A DNA stretch of 64,000 nucleotides from Bacteroidales bacterium. GTDB taxonomy: Bacteria; Bacteroidota; Bacteroidia; Bacteroidales; VadinHA17. The position numbers and the translations under genes were made by a program. The DNA lies in NCBI GenBank assembly GCA_046484805.1, contig JAWOIF010000157.1, forward strand, positions 35,000 through 98,999. The letters run 5' to 3'. Every line of letters starts with the position of its first letter. The first letter of the stretch is position 1. The notes below the pieces were generated by a model. It worked only from the letters and a program-made list of their open reading frames with translations. It had not been told where the DNA came from and searched no databases. This document shows positions 19,838 through 30,063 of the stretch, one piece after another.

Positions 19838-20719
19838 TTAACCCCCTTTCCGGTTCTGGAAAATTATACCTGATATTATCAGTACGAGCCCGATAAGGGT
19901 AGTATAATAAACGGGTTCTTTGACAATAAAGTGTATAAATATGAGAGAAAGAAACGGGGTCAGATAGACAAGATTACCGATTTTGTCGTTCGTTTTTGCG
20001 AGCTGCATTGCCCTAAGCCATAGATAAAATGTCAGCCCCATCTCAAATATGCCGGTATAGACAGATGCCAGTATTCCCTTTATTCCGACACTTAACACCG
20101 GGGAACCGGTTACCAGTGTTGCTATGATCAGGTAAAGAGATGCAATGAAAAAGTTGACAAATAGTTTTACTGCCTGGTCACGTCTGTCACGTACATTCAT
20201 TATGAAGTATAGCGCCCACAGGATGGAACTTCCCGTTGCCAGTAATACTCCCTGGGTATCTGATCTGCCCGGACTGAAAGGAGCGTTCTGTGATGCTATA
20301 AGGTAAACCCCCGCAAAGCTGATAAAGAGTGAAACAAAGCTTCTGGCCGGAATTTTTTGTTTTAACAGCGGAACTGAAAGAAAAACAAGTACAATGGGCC
20401 AGATCATGTTCAGGGGCTGGGCAACCTGTGCAGGAAGCAGGTCGTAGGCCCTTAGCAGTATAAGGTAATAGATGAACGGGCTTAGCAGACCCAGTAAGGC
20501 AGAAGCCAACAAGTCACGCGGTGTGGTAGCCCTCAGTTGCGGTAGCTTACCTGTAATGACGACTATAAGAAAGAGAACGGTTGCTGAGACCACCGAAGCT
20601 ATTGTCAGAATGGTTAGCACGGGGGCCTCAGCCAGGGCAGTCTTGAACGCCGTTGGGATGGTAGACCAGAAAAAAATTGCCATCCCGGCATATATATAGG
20701 ACTGTTTGTTTTGTTCCAT
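19838..20719 (-). CDS. DMT superfamily (EamA-like) transporter
   Basis: Polytopic membrane protein with two EamA-like halves. I prefer the ATG at 20719 (MEQNKQSYIYAGMAIFFWSTIP), because the longer track ORF would overlap the serS 3' end. Confidence 0.8.
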   Translation of the reverse strand: MEQNKQSYIYAGMAIFFWSTIPTAFKTALAEAPVLTILTIASVVSATVLFLIVVITGKLPQLRATTPRDLLASALLGLLSPFIYYLILLRAYDLLPAQVAQPLNMIWPIVLVFLSVPLLKQKIPARSFVSLFISFAGVYLIASQNAPFSPGRSDTQGVLLATGSSILWALYFIMNVRDRRDQAVKLFVNFFIASLYLIIATLVTGSPVLSVGIKGILASVYTGIFEMGLTFYLWLRAMQLAKTNDKIGNLVYLTPFLSLIFIHFIVKEPVYYTTLIGLVLIISGIIFQNRKGG

Positions 20720-20738
20720 GCCGGGGCTTAACAGATTG

Positions 20739-22010
20739 TCAAATAATTTCAAATCCCGTGTAGGGTACAAGTATTCCCGGAATCCTGATCCCGTCGGGAG
20801 TCTGATTATTCTCCAGCAGTGCAGCCACAATCCTGGGCAGGGCAAGTGCACTTCCATTGAGTGTGTGTGCCATACGGGTCTGCTTCTCTCCCTTTATACG
20901 GTACCTGCATTTCAGCCTGTTGGCCTGGAATGTTTCGAAATTGGAGACCGAGCTGACCTCAAGCCAACGCTTTTGTCCGGCCGACCAAACCTCAAAGTCA
21001 TAGGTAAGAGCCGAAGTGAAAGAAATGTCCCCACCACACAGTTTGAGAATCCTGTATGGCAGTCCGAGTTTTATAATAAGGCCTTCAACATGCTCTGCCA
21101 TCTCTTCTAGGGCATTATATGATGACTCCCGGGTGGTTATCTGTACTATTTCCACCTTGTCAAACTGGTGCAACCTGTTAAGGCCCCTTACATGAGCTCC
21201 CCAGGAACCGGCTTCCCTTCGGAAGCAGGGGGTGTAGGATATGTTTTTAACTGGCAGCTGCGATTCGTCGAGTATTACATCGCGGTAGAGGTTTGTAACC
21301 GGTACTTCGGCAGTGGGTATCAGATAGAGGTTGTCTATGCCCACATGATACATCTGTCCGTCCTTATCAGGTAATTGTCCGGTACCAAATCCTGAATCTT
21401 CATTGACGACCACCGGGGGTTGAACCTCATGATATCCCGCCCTGGTGCCTTCGTCGAGGAAAAAGTTTATTAAAGCTCTCTGCAACCGCGCTCCCTTGCC
21501 CAGATATACAGGAAACCCCGCTCCGGTAATTTTGGTTCCAAGTTCAAAGTCTATTATATTGTGCTCTTTGATAAGATCCCAGTGCGCTTTTGCGCCTTCA
21601 GGCAAATTAGTGATTTTGCCTCCTTCACGTACGACCAGATTTTGCTCAGCTCCCTTGCCGGGGGGTACAGAATCGTGAGGCAGATTCGGCAACTTAACAA
21701 TCTCCTCATTCAGTTTGACCTCAATGTCAGCCAGATGAGCAGCGTGAGACCTTATCTCCTCCTTCATCGACTGGGTCTTATCCTTAACAGCTGCTACTGC
21801 AGCACTATCACCCGATTTCATAAGAGAGCCTATCTCTTTCGAAATACGGTTTATGTCAGCCTGAAGTGACTCTGTGAGGGTGAGTAGTTCACGCCTTTCC
21901 CGGTCGAGTTTCAAAATCTGTTCAACAATATTGGTAACGTCGAGGTTCTTTACCTTCAGTTTTTTGATTACCAGTTCACTGTTTTCCCTGATAAGATTAA
22001 TTGTAAGCAT
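20739..22010 (-). CDS. serS: Seryl-tRNA synthetase
   Basis: 423 aa. N-terminal coiled-coil arm and class II core motifs (TPCFRREAGS..., GSALALPR). Confidence 0.95.
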   Translation of the reverse strand: MLTINLIRENSELVIKKLKVKNLDVTNIVEQILKLDRERRELLTLTESLQADINRISKEIGSLMKSGDSAAVAAVKDKTQSMKEEIRSHAAHLADIEVKLNEEIVKLPNLPHDSVPPGKGAEQNLVVREGGKITNLPEGAKAHWDLIKEHNIIDFELGTKITGAGFPVYLGKGARLQRALINFFLDEGTRAGYHEVQPPVVVNEDSGFGTGQLPDKDGQMYHVGIDNLYLIPTAEVPVTNLYRDVILDESQLPVKNISYTPCFRREAGSWGAHVRGLNRLHQFDKVEIVQITTRESSYNALEEMAEHVEGLIIKLGLPYRILKLCGGDISFTSALTYDFEVWSAGQKRWLEVSSVSNFETFQANRLKCRYRIKGEKQTRMAHTLNGSALALPRIVAALLENNQTPDGIRIPGILVPYTGFEII

Positions 22011-22040
22011 TGCCTGTGTTTGTTATTACGGAAGCCATCA

Positions 22041-22093
22041 AAAGTAACAAAAACTCCTGAATCTGTTCCGTTTCACGGACAAATCCAGGAGTT
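22041..22093 (-). terminator. Rho-independent terminator after rplU-rpmA
   Basis: Long imperfect hairpin at 22051-22093 (AAACTCCTG...CAGGAGTTT, with inner TCCGT/ACGGA). On the minus strand it is followed by TTTTGTTACTTTT. It lies 23 nt downstream of the rpmA stop. Confidence 0.75.
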
Positions 22094-22115
22094 TCAATAT
22101 GGGTTATAGTTCCTG

Positions 22116-22376
22116 TTATGCGCCGTCTGGACGAACAGAAACGAATGATCTGTTGTTCTTTCTTTTTCTGAATTCGACAACTCCGTCGATCAGTGCAAAA
22201 AGTGTATGGTCCTTACCCATACCGACATTATCCCCGGGGTGGTGTACGGTGCCCCTCTGGCGGATAATAATATTCCCTGCTTTGGCAGTCTGGCCTCCGA
22301 AAAGCTTGAGCCCTAGTCGTTTGCTTTCCGATTCGCGGCCGTTGCGTGAACTACCTACTCCCTTCTTGTGTGCCAT
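22116..22376 (-). CDS. rpmA: 50S ribosomal protein L27
   Basis: 86 aa. [22 protein letters not shown] is the canonical N-terminus. Confidence 0.97.
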   Translation of the reverse strand: MAHKKGVGSSRNGRESESKRLGLKLFGGQTAKAGNIIIRQRGTVHHPGDNVGMGKDHTLFALIDGVVEFRKRKNNRSFVSVRPDGA

Positions 22377-22414
22377 GGTCTGATATTTTTATTCTTTTTC
22401 TATAATAATCCTGT

Positions 22415-23113
22415 TTATTCACTTTTAGGCTTACGTGCCGAAGCCTTCTTCACAGGCGGCTTCTTATCTGCACTTGCTGCCGTAGCCTTTTTTGGAGCAG
22501 CCTTGCTGGCCGTAGCTTTCTTTTCAGTTGCTTTTGGCGCTGCTTTTGTCTCCTTTTTTACCGTTGCTTTCTTAACCGTTGCTTTCTTTTCGGCTGGTGC
22601 TTTCTTCTCCGCAGTATTCTTTTCAGCCGGAGCTTTCTTCTCAGTTGCTTTTGTGGCTGCTTTTGTCTCTTTCTTTACCGGAGCCTTCTTTTCGACACTC
22701 TTCTTTTCAGCCGTAGCTTCAGCCTTTACTGCCTCTGCCTTCACTTCAGATTTGGGTACACTTTCCTTCGCAGCCGCCTTTTTAGGCTTCCTTCCCTCAG
22801 CCTTCTCATGTATGCTCACAATTTCAACGTGAGTGAAATACTGACGGTGTCCGGTACTCTTCTGATAACCTTTTCTCCGCTTTTTCTTGAAAACAATTAC
22901 TTTGTCACCACGAACCTGGTCAATAACCTTCCCTTCAATCAAGGCATCCTTTATTAAGGGGTCTCCGACGATAATTTTGTCTCCGTTTTCAATAAGCAGA
23001 ACCTTGTCAAATTCCACTTCGGTTCCCTCTTCAATCTCAAGCTTGTGAACGAAAATCTTCTTTCCTTCTTCAACTTTAAACTGCTGCCCTGCAATTTCGA
23101 CTATTGCGTACAT
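22415..23113 (-). CDS. rplU: 50S ribosomal protein L21 with about 130-aa Lys/Ala/Glu-rich C-terminal extension
   Basis: aa 1-101 (MYAIVEIAGQQFKV...GHRQYFTHVEIVSI) form a complete L21 core. The same frame continues for 131 more codons of AKKxE-type low complexity with no intervening stop. Confidence 0.9.
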   Translation of the reverse strand: MYAIVEIAGQQFKVEEGKKIFVHKLEIEEGTEVEFDKVLLIENGDKIIVGDPLIKDALIEGKVIDQVRGDKVIVFKKKRRKGYQKSTGHRQYFTHVEIVSIHEKAEGRKPKKAAAKESVPKSEVKAEAVKAEATAEKKSVEKKAPVKKETKAATKATEKKAPAEKNTAEKKAPAEKKATVKKATVKKETKAAPKATEKKATASKAAPKKATAASADKKPPVKKASARKPKSE

Positions 23114-23207
23114 TATTAACTTGTTTTATGTTTCTCCGTAAGGCGTGCGGCATATTTGCAACGCAACTTCTTCAAGCCCTGGCGGATTTTCTCCGTTTTT
23201 CGGACTG

Positions 23208-23237
23208 CAAAGATAATAAAAACAGGACATATGCAAA
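23208..23237 (-). promoter_or_regulatory. Bacteroidota-type promoter for rplU-rpmA
   Basis: On the minus strand: TTTG (plus-strand 23234-23237), an 18-nt spacer, then TATCTTTG (23208-23215). This leaves a leader of roughly 85-95 nt before the rplU ATG. Confidence 0.55.
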
Positions 23238-23444
23238 CCGCAATAGCTAATTTTATCGGGTTAAATCAATTATTTCGCCATCATAAGCTGTCAGTTTATA
23301 ATCCTCCCCATTCTCCGTCAGATACAATATCCCAGGCTGGCTCTGCGGTGTTTATGAAAAAGCTACGGCACTTAATCGATATTACTTACAATATCTTTAT
23401 ATTTGCCGGGTGACACAACGGTTCACATCTTTCATTTTGTAGTT

Positions 23445-24038
23445 ATGCAAAGAGTGAAACTTAAGGTTTTGGGAATTTCCTACAGCCAGACTCAATCGGG
23501 AGCCTATGCGCTGGTCCTTGCCGAAGAGACAGGCGAAAGACGTATGCCGATTATTATCGGAGGTTTTGAAGCACAGTCGATAGTCATTAAGCTTGAAAAC
23601 CTGAATCCACCCAGGCCTCTGACCCATGATCTTTTCAAGAGTTTTGCCGACTCATTTGGCATTACTCTTTTTGAAGTTGTAATAGACAGGTTTGAAGATG
23701 GGGTTTTTTACTCGAAACTGATATGCAGTGACGGGGAGAAAGACTTTTCTATAGATTCACGAACTTCTGATGCCGTTGCTCTTTCCCTCAGGTTCAATTG
23801 TCCGATTTTCACTACCGAAGATATAATGGAAAGGGCAGGCATAATTATTGACCAGGCGACCGCAGAGCCTCAGCCTGAGAGTGAAGAGAACAGAGTTGCC
23901 GATGAGGGTGGTAAAGACTACGTCTCGCTCTCCGATGAAGAACTAACAAAGATGATGGAGGAAGCAGTCGCCCGTGAGGATTATGAGAAGGCAGCGGCGA
24001 TGAAGAGTGAAATAGACAGAAGAAAGAGAAGAAAATAG
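23445..24038 (+). CDS. Bifunctional nuclease family protein (DUF151) with C-terminal UVR motif
   Basis: I prefer the ATG at 23445 (MQRVKLKVLGISYSQTQSGAYALVLAEE...) over the TTG at 23403. The C-terminus EELTKMMEEAVAREDYEKAAAMKSEI is UvrB/C-like. Confidence 0.8.
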   Translation: MQRVKLKVLGISYSQTQSGAYALVLAEETGERRMPIIIGGFEAQSIVIKLENLNPPRPLTHDLFKSFADSFGITLFEVVIDRFEDGVFYSKLICSDGEKDFSIDSRTSDAVALSLRFNCPIFTTEDIMERAGIIIDQATAEPQPESEENRVADEGGKDYVSLSDEELTKMMEEAVAREDYEKAAAMKSEIDRRKRRK

Positions 24039-24060
24039 AGAGACTACAGAGACTTCCCGC

Positions 24061-25557
24061 ATGAGAAAGATAATTATTGTACTGGCAATTTTAATCCCCT
24101 CAATGGGGGTTTTTGCTGCTGTCGCTCCTGATACCATCGCTGTTAAGCAGGATACTCTTGAAGTTGCGGTTCAGACCGATCAGCAGGAGTCAACGGTTTC
24201 TGCTGCAACACCCGGTAGTCTGGCTTCGGGGGGGAATGTGATTGATACATCGCTTAGTTCGGGTATAACATTGACCGGTATTCTGAGGGGCCTCCTCGGA
24301 ATGTTTGTGATACTGGCGATAGCATGGGTCTTCAGCAAAAATCGACGGGCTATAAACTGGAAAGTAGTAATTATCGGACTGACCATTCAGATTCTTCTTG
24401 CTGTTGGGATCCTGTATGTGCCGTTCATCAGGTTCTTCTTTGAGTTTGTGGGTAAGGTTTTTGTCAAGATACTCGATTTTACCAAGGAGGGAAGTATTTT
24501 CCTCTTCGGTAACCTTATGGATATTGACTCGTTCGGGATGATCTTTGCATTCCAGATACTGCCTACAATAATATTTTTCTCGGCACTGACATCGCTTCTT
24601 TTTTACCTTGGCATAATTCAGAAGGTTGTTTATGCCCTGGCCTGGGTGATGACCAAAACAATGCGTTTAAGCGGCGCAGAAAGCCTTTCGGTGGCCGGAA
24701 ATATATTTCTCGGTCAGACTGAGTCGCCTCTAATGGTAAAGGCATATCTGCCAAAAATGAATCCTTCTGAAATTATGCTGGTAATGACAGGAGGAATGGC
24801 GACCCTTGCAGGAGGTGTGCTGGCTGCATACATAGGATTTCTGGGAGGAGGTGATCCGGTCCAGCGACTGATATTTGCCAAACATCTGCTGGCAGCATCC
24901 GTAATGGCAGCCCCCGGTGCAGTGGTGATAGCTAAAATGCTTGTTCCCCAGGTAGATGAGGTAGACCGTGAGATAGAGATTACCCGCGATAAGGTGGGAA
25001 GCAACATTCTCGATGCCGTGTCTAATGGTACTACGGAAGGACTGAGGCTTGCAGCAAATGTCGGAGCCATGCTGCTTACCTTCCTGGCTTTTATTGCATT
25101 CATAAACTATATATTCCTGAAGCTTGGACAGTGGACAGACATCAATGATGCGATTGCCGCAGCAACGGGAGGCAATTTCGACCGCCTGTCGCTGCAGTTC
25201 ATCCTTGGTTATACATTTGCACCGATAATGTGGCTTATAGGCGTGGGTGTCGAAGATATTACACTGCTGGGCAGACTTCTTGGAGAAAAGGTGATAATGA
25301 CAGAGTTTGTCGGCTACATAAGCCTTGCCGAACTTAAGGAGGCAGGTGCCTTCGTGCACAACAAATCGATTATAATGGCTACATATATGCTTGCCGGTTT
25401 TGCAAACTTCGCATCGATAGGTATCCAGATAGGCGGTATCGGATCACTGGCTCCAAACCAGAGGTTACTTCTTTCCAGATTTGGTTTCAGAGCCCTGCTG
25501 GCAGGAACCCTGGCATCACTGATGTCGGCTACTATAATCGGAACAATACTGGGATAA
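24061..25557 (+). CDS. Concentrative nucleoside transporter (NupC/CNT family)
   Basis: 498-aa polytopic membrane protein with CNT-type conserved blocks (GNIFLGQTESPL, MTGGMATLAGGVLAAY, GFANFASIGIQIGG). About 70 extra N-terminal residues include a signal-like helix. Confidence 0.85.
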   Translation: MRKIIIVLAILIPSMGVFAAVAPDTIAVKQDTLEVAVQTDQQESTVSAATPGSLASGGNVIDTSLSSGITLTGILRGLLGMFVILAIAWVFSKNRRAINWKVVIIGLTIQILLAVGILYVPFIRFFFEFVGKVFVKILDFTKEGSIFLFGNLMDIDSFGMIFAFQILPTIIFFSALTSLLFYLGIIQKVVYALAWVMTKTMRLSGAESLSVAGNIFLGQTESPLMVKAYLPKMNPSEIMLVMTGGMATLAGGVLAAYIGFLGGGDPVQRLIFAKHLLAASVMAAPGAVVIAKMLVPQVDEVDREIEITRDKVGSNILDAVSNGTTEGLRLAANVGAMLLTFLAFIAFINYIFLKLGQWTDINDAIAAATGGNFDRLSLQFILGYTFAPIMWLIGVGVEDITLLGRLLGEKVIMTEFVGYISLAELKEAGAFVHNKSIIMATYMLAGFANFASIGIQIGGIGSLAPNQRLLLSRFGFRALLAGTLASLMSATIIGTILG

Positions 25558-25587
25558 AAGATTATAATAGTAAATAGAGTTAGGTTT

Positions 25588-27534
25588 ATGAGGGTATTAG
25601 TTGCAATAATTTGCCTTTGTGCGGGTACTTTCGTTACACTGCACGGCAAGCAGTATTCATTGGTTTCGCCCGACAGTAATATTGAGGTCAGGATTAGTGT
25701 TGAAGGTTCGGTAAGCTTTTCGGTTTACTGGCAGGAAAGTCTCGTGGCGGGTCCGTCCGAAATTGCAATGGAGCTTGATGGAGGCAGAATGATCGGCAGG
25801 AATGAAACTGTCTCACGTGCCTCAACACAGTCGGTGAACAACATGCTGAAACCTGTTGTCGCACACAAGAACGCAGTGGTAAGGGATGAATACAATTCGC
25901 TCTCATTGCGCCTGCGGTCAGGTTTCACAATAAGTTTCAGGGCTTATAACGACGGGGTGGCCTACAGGTTTGAATCCTCTCTCAAAGGAGACCTGACGGT
26001 TGTTAACGAAGTGGCTGATATCTCTTTTCCTGAGGGAACCACATCGTGGTATCCGCTTGAGGATAGTTTTTTGTCGCATAACGAACGTACCTATCTGAAG
26101 ACATCACTCGATACTGTCACTGACAAACACCTGGCAAGCCTGCCGGCGCTCTTTGTGGTAAACGGAATTAACGTACTCCTTACGGAATCAGACCTCGAAG
26201 ATTACCCCGGAATGTGGATAAAGGGTAACGGCAATGGAGGCATTCAGGGTGTCTGGCCGGCTTATCCTGCAGCAGAAAGGCTTATCCGTGACAGAACACT
26301 ATCGGTTACTGAACGCAAACCATACATTGCAGCCACAAAGGGAACCCGTATCTTCCCGTGGAGGGCTCTTATCATCTCCCCGACTGACGGAGGCCTGATT
26401 GAGAGCGAAATGGTATTCAAACTGGCGCCTGAATGTAAGCTTAAGGAGACAGGCTGGATCAGACCCGGTAAGGTGGCCTGGGACTGGTGGAACGCCAACA
26501 ACATATACGGTGTTGATTTCAGGGCAGGACTGAATACCGATACCTATAAGTATTATATAGACTTTGCCTCTGAAAACGGCATTGAATATATTATCCTCGA
26601 CGAGGGCTGGTACAGGCTTGGTAATGTGCTTGACATCTCTCCGCAATTTGACCTTACCGAACTGTTCAGGTATGCTGAAGAGAAAAATGTAGGGATAATA
26701 CTGTGGGTGGTATGGAAGACATTCTATGACCAGATTGATGAGGCTCTTCCAAAATTTGCAGAGTGGGGCGCAAAGGGTATTAAGGTTGATTTTATGCAGC
26801 GTGATGACCAGCCGGTCGTAAACTTCTATCACGAGATTGCCCTAAGGGCGGCAGAATATCAAATGCTGGTTGATTTTCACGGTTCCTACAAGCCCGTGGG
26901 AATGATCAGGACTTACCCCAATGTACTTACCAGTGAAGGATTGAAAGGGCTTGAACATTGTAAATGGAGCGATGATGCCAATCCTGAACATAACGTAACT
27001 ATTCCTTTCATACGGATGGTGGCAGGCCCAATGGATTACACCCCGGGGGCGATGGTGAATATGGACAGGGCCAGTTTCAAGCCTATGTACAACAGACCTG
27101 CAAGCCTCGGCACAAGAGTTCACCAGATGGCTATGTATGTTGTCTATGAGAGTCCGTTGCAGATGCTCGCCGATAATCCTTCCAACTACAGGCGTGAGCC
27201 TGAGTGTACCTCTTTTATGGCATCAGTTCCGGTAGTATGGGATGAGACCAAAGTGCTTCATGCCAGTATAGGCGACTATGTTGTTGTGGCACGCCGCCAT
27301 GGAGATGATTGGTATATAGGGGCAATGAGTGACTGGACGGCAAGGGAGTTTGATATAGATCTTTCATTTTTGCCCGGGGGTGACTATGTAGTTACTTCTT
27401 TTGCCGATGGCATTAATGCTGACAGGTATGCCAGTGATTACAAGAAGAGTATAACTACCATTAATGCGAATACCGCTGTAAATATAAAAATGGCTCCCGG
27501 CGGCGGATGGGTGGCAAGAATAGCCCCCAAATGA
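25588..27534 (+). CDS. GH97 family glycoside hydrolase (alpha-glucosidase/alpha-galactosidase type)
   Basis: 648 aa with a signal peptide. GH97-typical blocks are present (YIILDEGW, GIKVDFMQRDDQ, VDFHG, EGLKGLE, PMDYTPG). Confidence 0.85.
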   Translation: MRVLVAIICLCAGTFVTLHGKQYSLVSPDSNIEVRISVEGSVSFSVYWQESLVAGPSEIAMELDGGRMIGRNETVSRASTQSVNNMLKPVVAHKNAVVRDEYNSLSLRLRSGFTISFRAYNDGVAYRFESSLKGDLTVVNEVADISFPEGTTSWYPLEDSFLSHNERTYLKTSLDTVTDKHLASLPALFVVNGINVLLTESDLEDYPGMWIKGNGNGGIQGVWPAYPAAERLIRDRTLSVTERKPYIAATKGTRIFPWRALIISPTDGGLIESEMVFKLAPECKLKETGWIRPGKVAWDWWNANNIYGVDFRAGLNTDTYKYYIDFASENGIEYIILDEGWYRLGNVLDISPQFDLTELFRYAEEKNVGIILWVVWKTFYDQIDEALPKFAEWGAKGIKVDFMQRDDQPVVNFYHEIALRAAEYQMLVDFHGSYKPVGMIRTYPNVLTSEGLKGLEHCKWSDDANPEHNVTIPFIRMVAGPMDYTPGAMVNMDRASFKPMYNRPASLGTRVHQMAMYVVYESPLQMLADNPSNYRREPECTSFMASVPVVWDETKVLHASIGDYVVVARRHGDDWYIGAMSDWTAREFDIDLSFLPGGDYVVTSFADGINADRYASDYKKSITTINANTAVNIKMAPGGGWVARIAPK

Positions 27535-27545
27535 TCTATTGAGGC

Positions 27546-28340
27546 ATGAAGCAATATCTTGACCTGCTTAATCATGTAATTCACCACGGCACAGAAAAGA
27601 GTGACCGTACCGGGACAGGTACAAAAAGCGTTTTCGGTTACCAGATGCGATTTGATCTGCAGCACGGATTTCCGCTGATGACGACCAAGAAGCTGCATGT
27701 GAAGTCGATAATACATGAGCTTCTCTGGTTCATAAGCGGTGATACCAATATCAGATATCTGAAGGACAATGGAGTCCGTATCTGGAACGAATGGGCCGAT
27801 GAAGAGGGCAACCTTGGACCGGTATATGGTTACCAGTGGAGGTCATGGCCTGTAGCCGGAGGCGGGTCGGTAGACCAGCTTTTACAGGTGTCAGAATCTA
27901 TAAGAAAGAATCCTGATTCACGACGGCACATTGTCACCGCCTGGAATCCGGGTGAAATTGAAAAGATGGCACTGCCTCCGTGTCACATTCTTTTCCAGTT
28001 TTACGTCGCTGACGGCAGACTCTCCTGTCAGTTGTATCAGCGCAGTGCAGATATATTCCTTGGGGTTCCGTTCAATATTGCATCATATTCATTTCTATTG
28101 ATTATGATGGCTTCTGTAACAGGACTTAAGCCGGGAGAGTTCATTCATACCCTTGGCGATGCGCATATATATCTTAACCATACAGAGCAGGTTAAACTTC
28201 AGCTTTCGCGTGAACCACTCCCTCTGCCAATCGTGAGTGTCAATCCTGCCGTGAAAGATATTACCGCTTTCAGGTATAAGGATTTTACAATAGACAATTA
28301 TGAGGCACATCCACATATAAAAGGTGAAATATCAATATAA
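27546..28340 (+). CDS. thyA: Thymidylate synthase
   Basis: 264 aa. Contains [17 protein letters not shown], the LPPCH active-site Cys and GDAHIY. Confidence 0.97.
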   Translation: MKQYLDLLNHVIHHGTEKSDRTGTGTKSVFGYQMRFDLQHGFPLMTTKKLHVKSIIHELLWFISGDTNIRYLKDNGVRIWNEWADEEGNLGPVYGYQWRSWPVAGGGSVDQLLQVSESIRKNPDSRRHIVTAWNPGEIEKMALPPCHILFQFYVADGRLSCQLYQRSADIFLGVPFNIASYSFLLIMMASVTGLKPGEFIHTLGDAHIYLNHTEQVKLQLSREPLPLPIVSVNPAVKDITAFRYKDFTIDNYEAHPHIKGEISI

Positions 28341-28348
28341 GGCTTAAG

Positions 28349-28843
28349 ATGATATCAATTATAGTAGCCATAGCGCAGAATTACGCGATAGGAAAGAATA
28401 ATGACCTTCTCTGGCATCTTCCTGCCGATCTGAAAAGATTCAAAAGACTTACTTCAGGGAATTGCGTGTTAATGGGCAGGAAGACATGGGAGTCGTTACC
28501 GGTAAAACCGTTGCCGGGGAGAAAGAATATTATCCTTACCGATAATCCTGAAGATTGCTTTGAGTGCTCATATACTGCCTTCACAATAGACGAGGCACTG
28601 GAACAGTGCAAGGGATGTGAAGAGGTATTCGTTATCGGAGGAGGGTCGGTATATCGTCAGTTCATGGATATTGCCGACAGGCTTTATATCACATGGGTTG
28701 ATAAAAAGTTCGAGGCTGACACCTGGTTTCCTGAAATTGATCCTGCTGTATGGGAGGAGACAGAACGTGAAGGAGATTTTTTTGACGAACCTAACGGCTT
28801 CACATACAGGTATGTAACCTATATGCGCCGTAGCCGGCGGTAA
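28349..28843 (+). CDS. folA: Dihydrofolate reductase
   Basis: 164 aa. Contains IGKNNDLLWHLPADLKRFKRLT and GGGSVY. It lies 8 nt after thyA. Confidence 0.95.
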   Translation: MISIIVAIAQNYAIGKNNDLLWHLPADLKRFKRLTSGNCVLMGRKTWESLPVKPLPGRKNIILTDNPEDCFECSYTAFTIDEALEQCKGCEEVFVIGGGSVYRQFMDIADRLYITWVDKKFEADTWFPEIDPAVWEETEREGDFFDEPNGFTYRYVTYMRRSRR

Positions 28844-28928
28844 CTTTCTTCTCTTTTTTTCGTTGTAACGGTTAAACTATTTGCATGCAGGGTCATCTAT
28901 AAGCATGTAAAAAGTATTAACCTAATAA

Positions 28929-29798
28929 ATGATCATTATGAAAACAAGGATTTTAATAGCAATGTCAGTAGTTGCACTTGCAATAGCAGCAGTCTCGTGC
29001 CAGAAGAGCGACCTTATTACCGAAAAGGATCTCGATATGGCTGAAGATAATGTTATTGCTGAAGCAATATTCGATGATATTTTCAACTCTGTCGATATAG
29101 CTTCATGGTTGCTGGAAGGAGCAATGAAGAGCGATTTTTCAAAAGGAATGGCGCTCTCTTCTGATTCCTGTCCGGTAGTTACGGTAAATTTCCCTGATGG
29201 TACGACCTGGCCGAAGGTAATTACTATAGATTACGGTGACGGCTGTACAATAAATGAAGTAACCAGGAAAGGAAAGATAATTATTGAGATCACTGCACGT
29301 CGTCATGTAACAGGTTCAATGAGAACAGTTACATTCGATGGTTACTATTTCAACGATATTGCTGTTGAGGGAACCAAGAGCATTAAGAACCTGGGCCCCA
29401 ACAGTAGCGAGAACATTGTGATTGAAGTAAAGCTTGAGGGAGGAAAAATGACTCTTCCCGACGGCAAAACAATAGAGAGAGAGGTTAACCGTCAGAGGGA
29501 ATGGATAGCCGGGCTTAATACGCCATTTTATATATGGGATGACGAATGCCTGATTACTGGTACTACCTCAGGTAAAAACATAAATGATGTAACCTACACA
29601 ACCACTATTTCGACTCCGCTGCTCTGGAAGAGGGTTTGCAGATTCATTGTGTCGGGTGTTATATTAATTGAGCGGGAAGGCTTTGATCCGGTTGAACTCG
29701 ATTACGGCGATGGGGAATGTGATGCAAAGGCAGTCTTGCGCCGGGGAGATGAGGAGAAAGAGATTCTAATCAGAGTAAGGCATAAGAGGATGTTGTAG
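28929..29798 (+). CDS. Hypothetical lipoprotein
   Basis: 289 aa. Signal plus lipobox (IAAVSC). No family recognised. It is followed by a strong terminator. Confidence 0.6.
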   Translation: MIIMKTRILIAMSVVALAIAAVSCQKSDLITEKDLDMAEDNVIAEAIFDDIFNSVDIASWLLEGAMKSDFSKGMALSSDSCPVVTVNFPDGTTWPKVITIDYGDGCTINEVTRKGKIIIEITARRHVTGSMRTVTFDGYYFNDIAVEGTKSIKNLGPNSSENIVIEVKLEGGKMTLPDGKTIEREVNRQREWIAGLNTPFYIWDDECLITGTTSGKNINDVTYTTTISTPLLWKRVCRFIVSGVILIEREGFDPVELDYGDGECDAKAVLRRGDEEKEILIRVRHKRML

Positions 29799-29812
29799 AA
29801 ACTAAAACAAAG

Positions 29813-29855
29813 AGAGGCTGTCTCAAAACAAATTATTGAGGCAGCCTCTTTTTTC
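29813..29855 (+). terminator. Rho-independent terminator (left copy of the islet-bracketing hairpin)
   Basis: 14-bp stem, 29813-29826 / 29836-29849 (AGAGGCTGTCTCAA / TTGAGGCAGCCTCT, one G-U pair), a 9-nt loop, then a T6 run. Confidence 0.85.
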
Positions 29856-30063
29856 CCCATGTTAACCAATTTCTCGTATTGAGATTAAAAAACTTTGGTT
29901 TTTATTTGTAGACATTCAACTGTGGGTTCTTTTCGCTTTTTCCTATCATTTCTGCAAGGTTTTTCCCTAGTTTACCCAGAACCTTGCAAATTGACAAATT
30001 ATGTTTTCGATATATATTGTTAATTATCAACAATATAGACTGTTTATAAGGATCGACTAATTA

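Noticed and set aside
20720-20857. N-terminal 46-codon extension of the EamA transporter ORF
   Set aside because: It overlaps the 3' end of serS and is not hydrophobic or family-like. The ATG at 20719 gives a normal EamA N-terminus.
22368-22832. 154-aa plus-strand Phe/Ala-rich, membrane-protein-like ORF
   Set aside because: It is exactly antisense to the Lys/Ala-rich tail of L21. AAG/GCA codons read backwards give CTT/TGC-type Phe/Ala/Leu runs, so this is a low-complexity mirror artefact.
23114-23207. Structured ribosomal-protein leader upstream of rplU
   Set aside because: Only 4-bp stems (TCCG/CGGA, GCGT/ACGC) could be found by eye in the leader. This is too weak to call an RNA element without covariation data.
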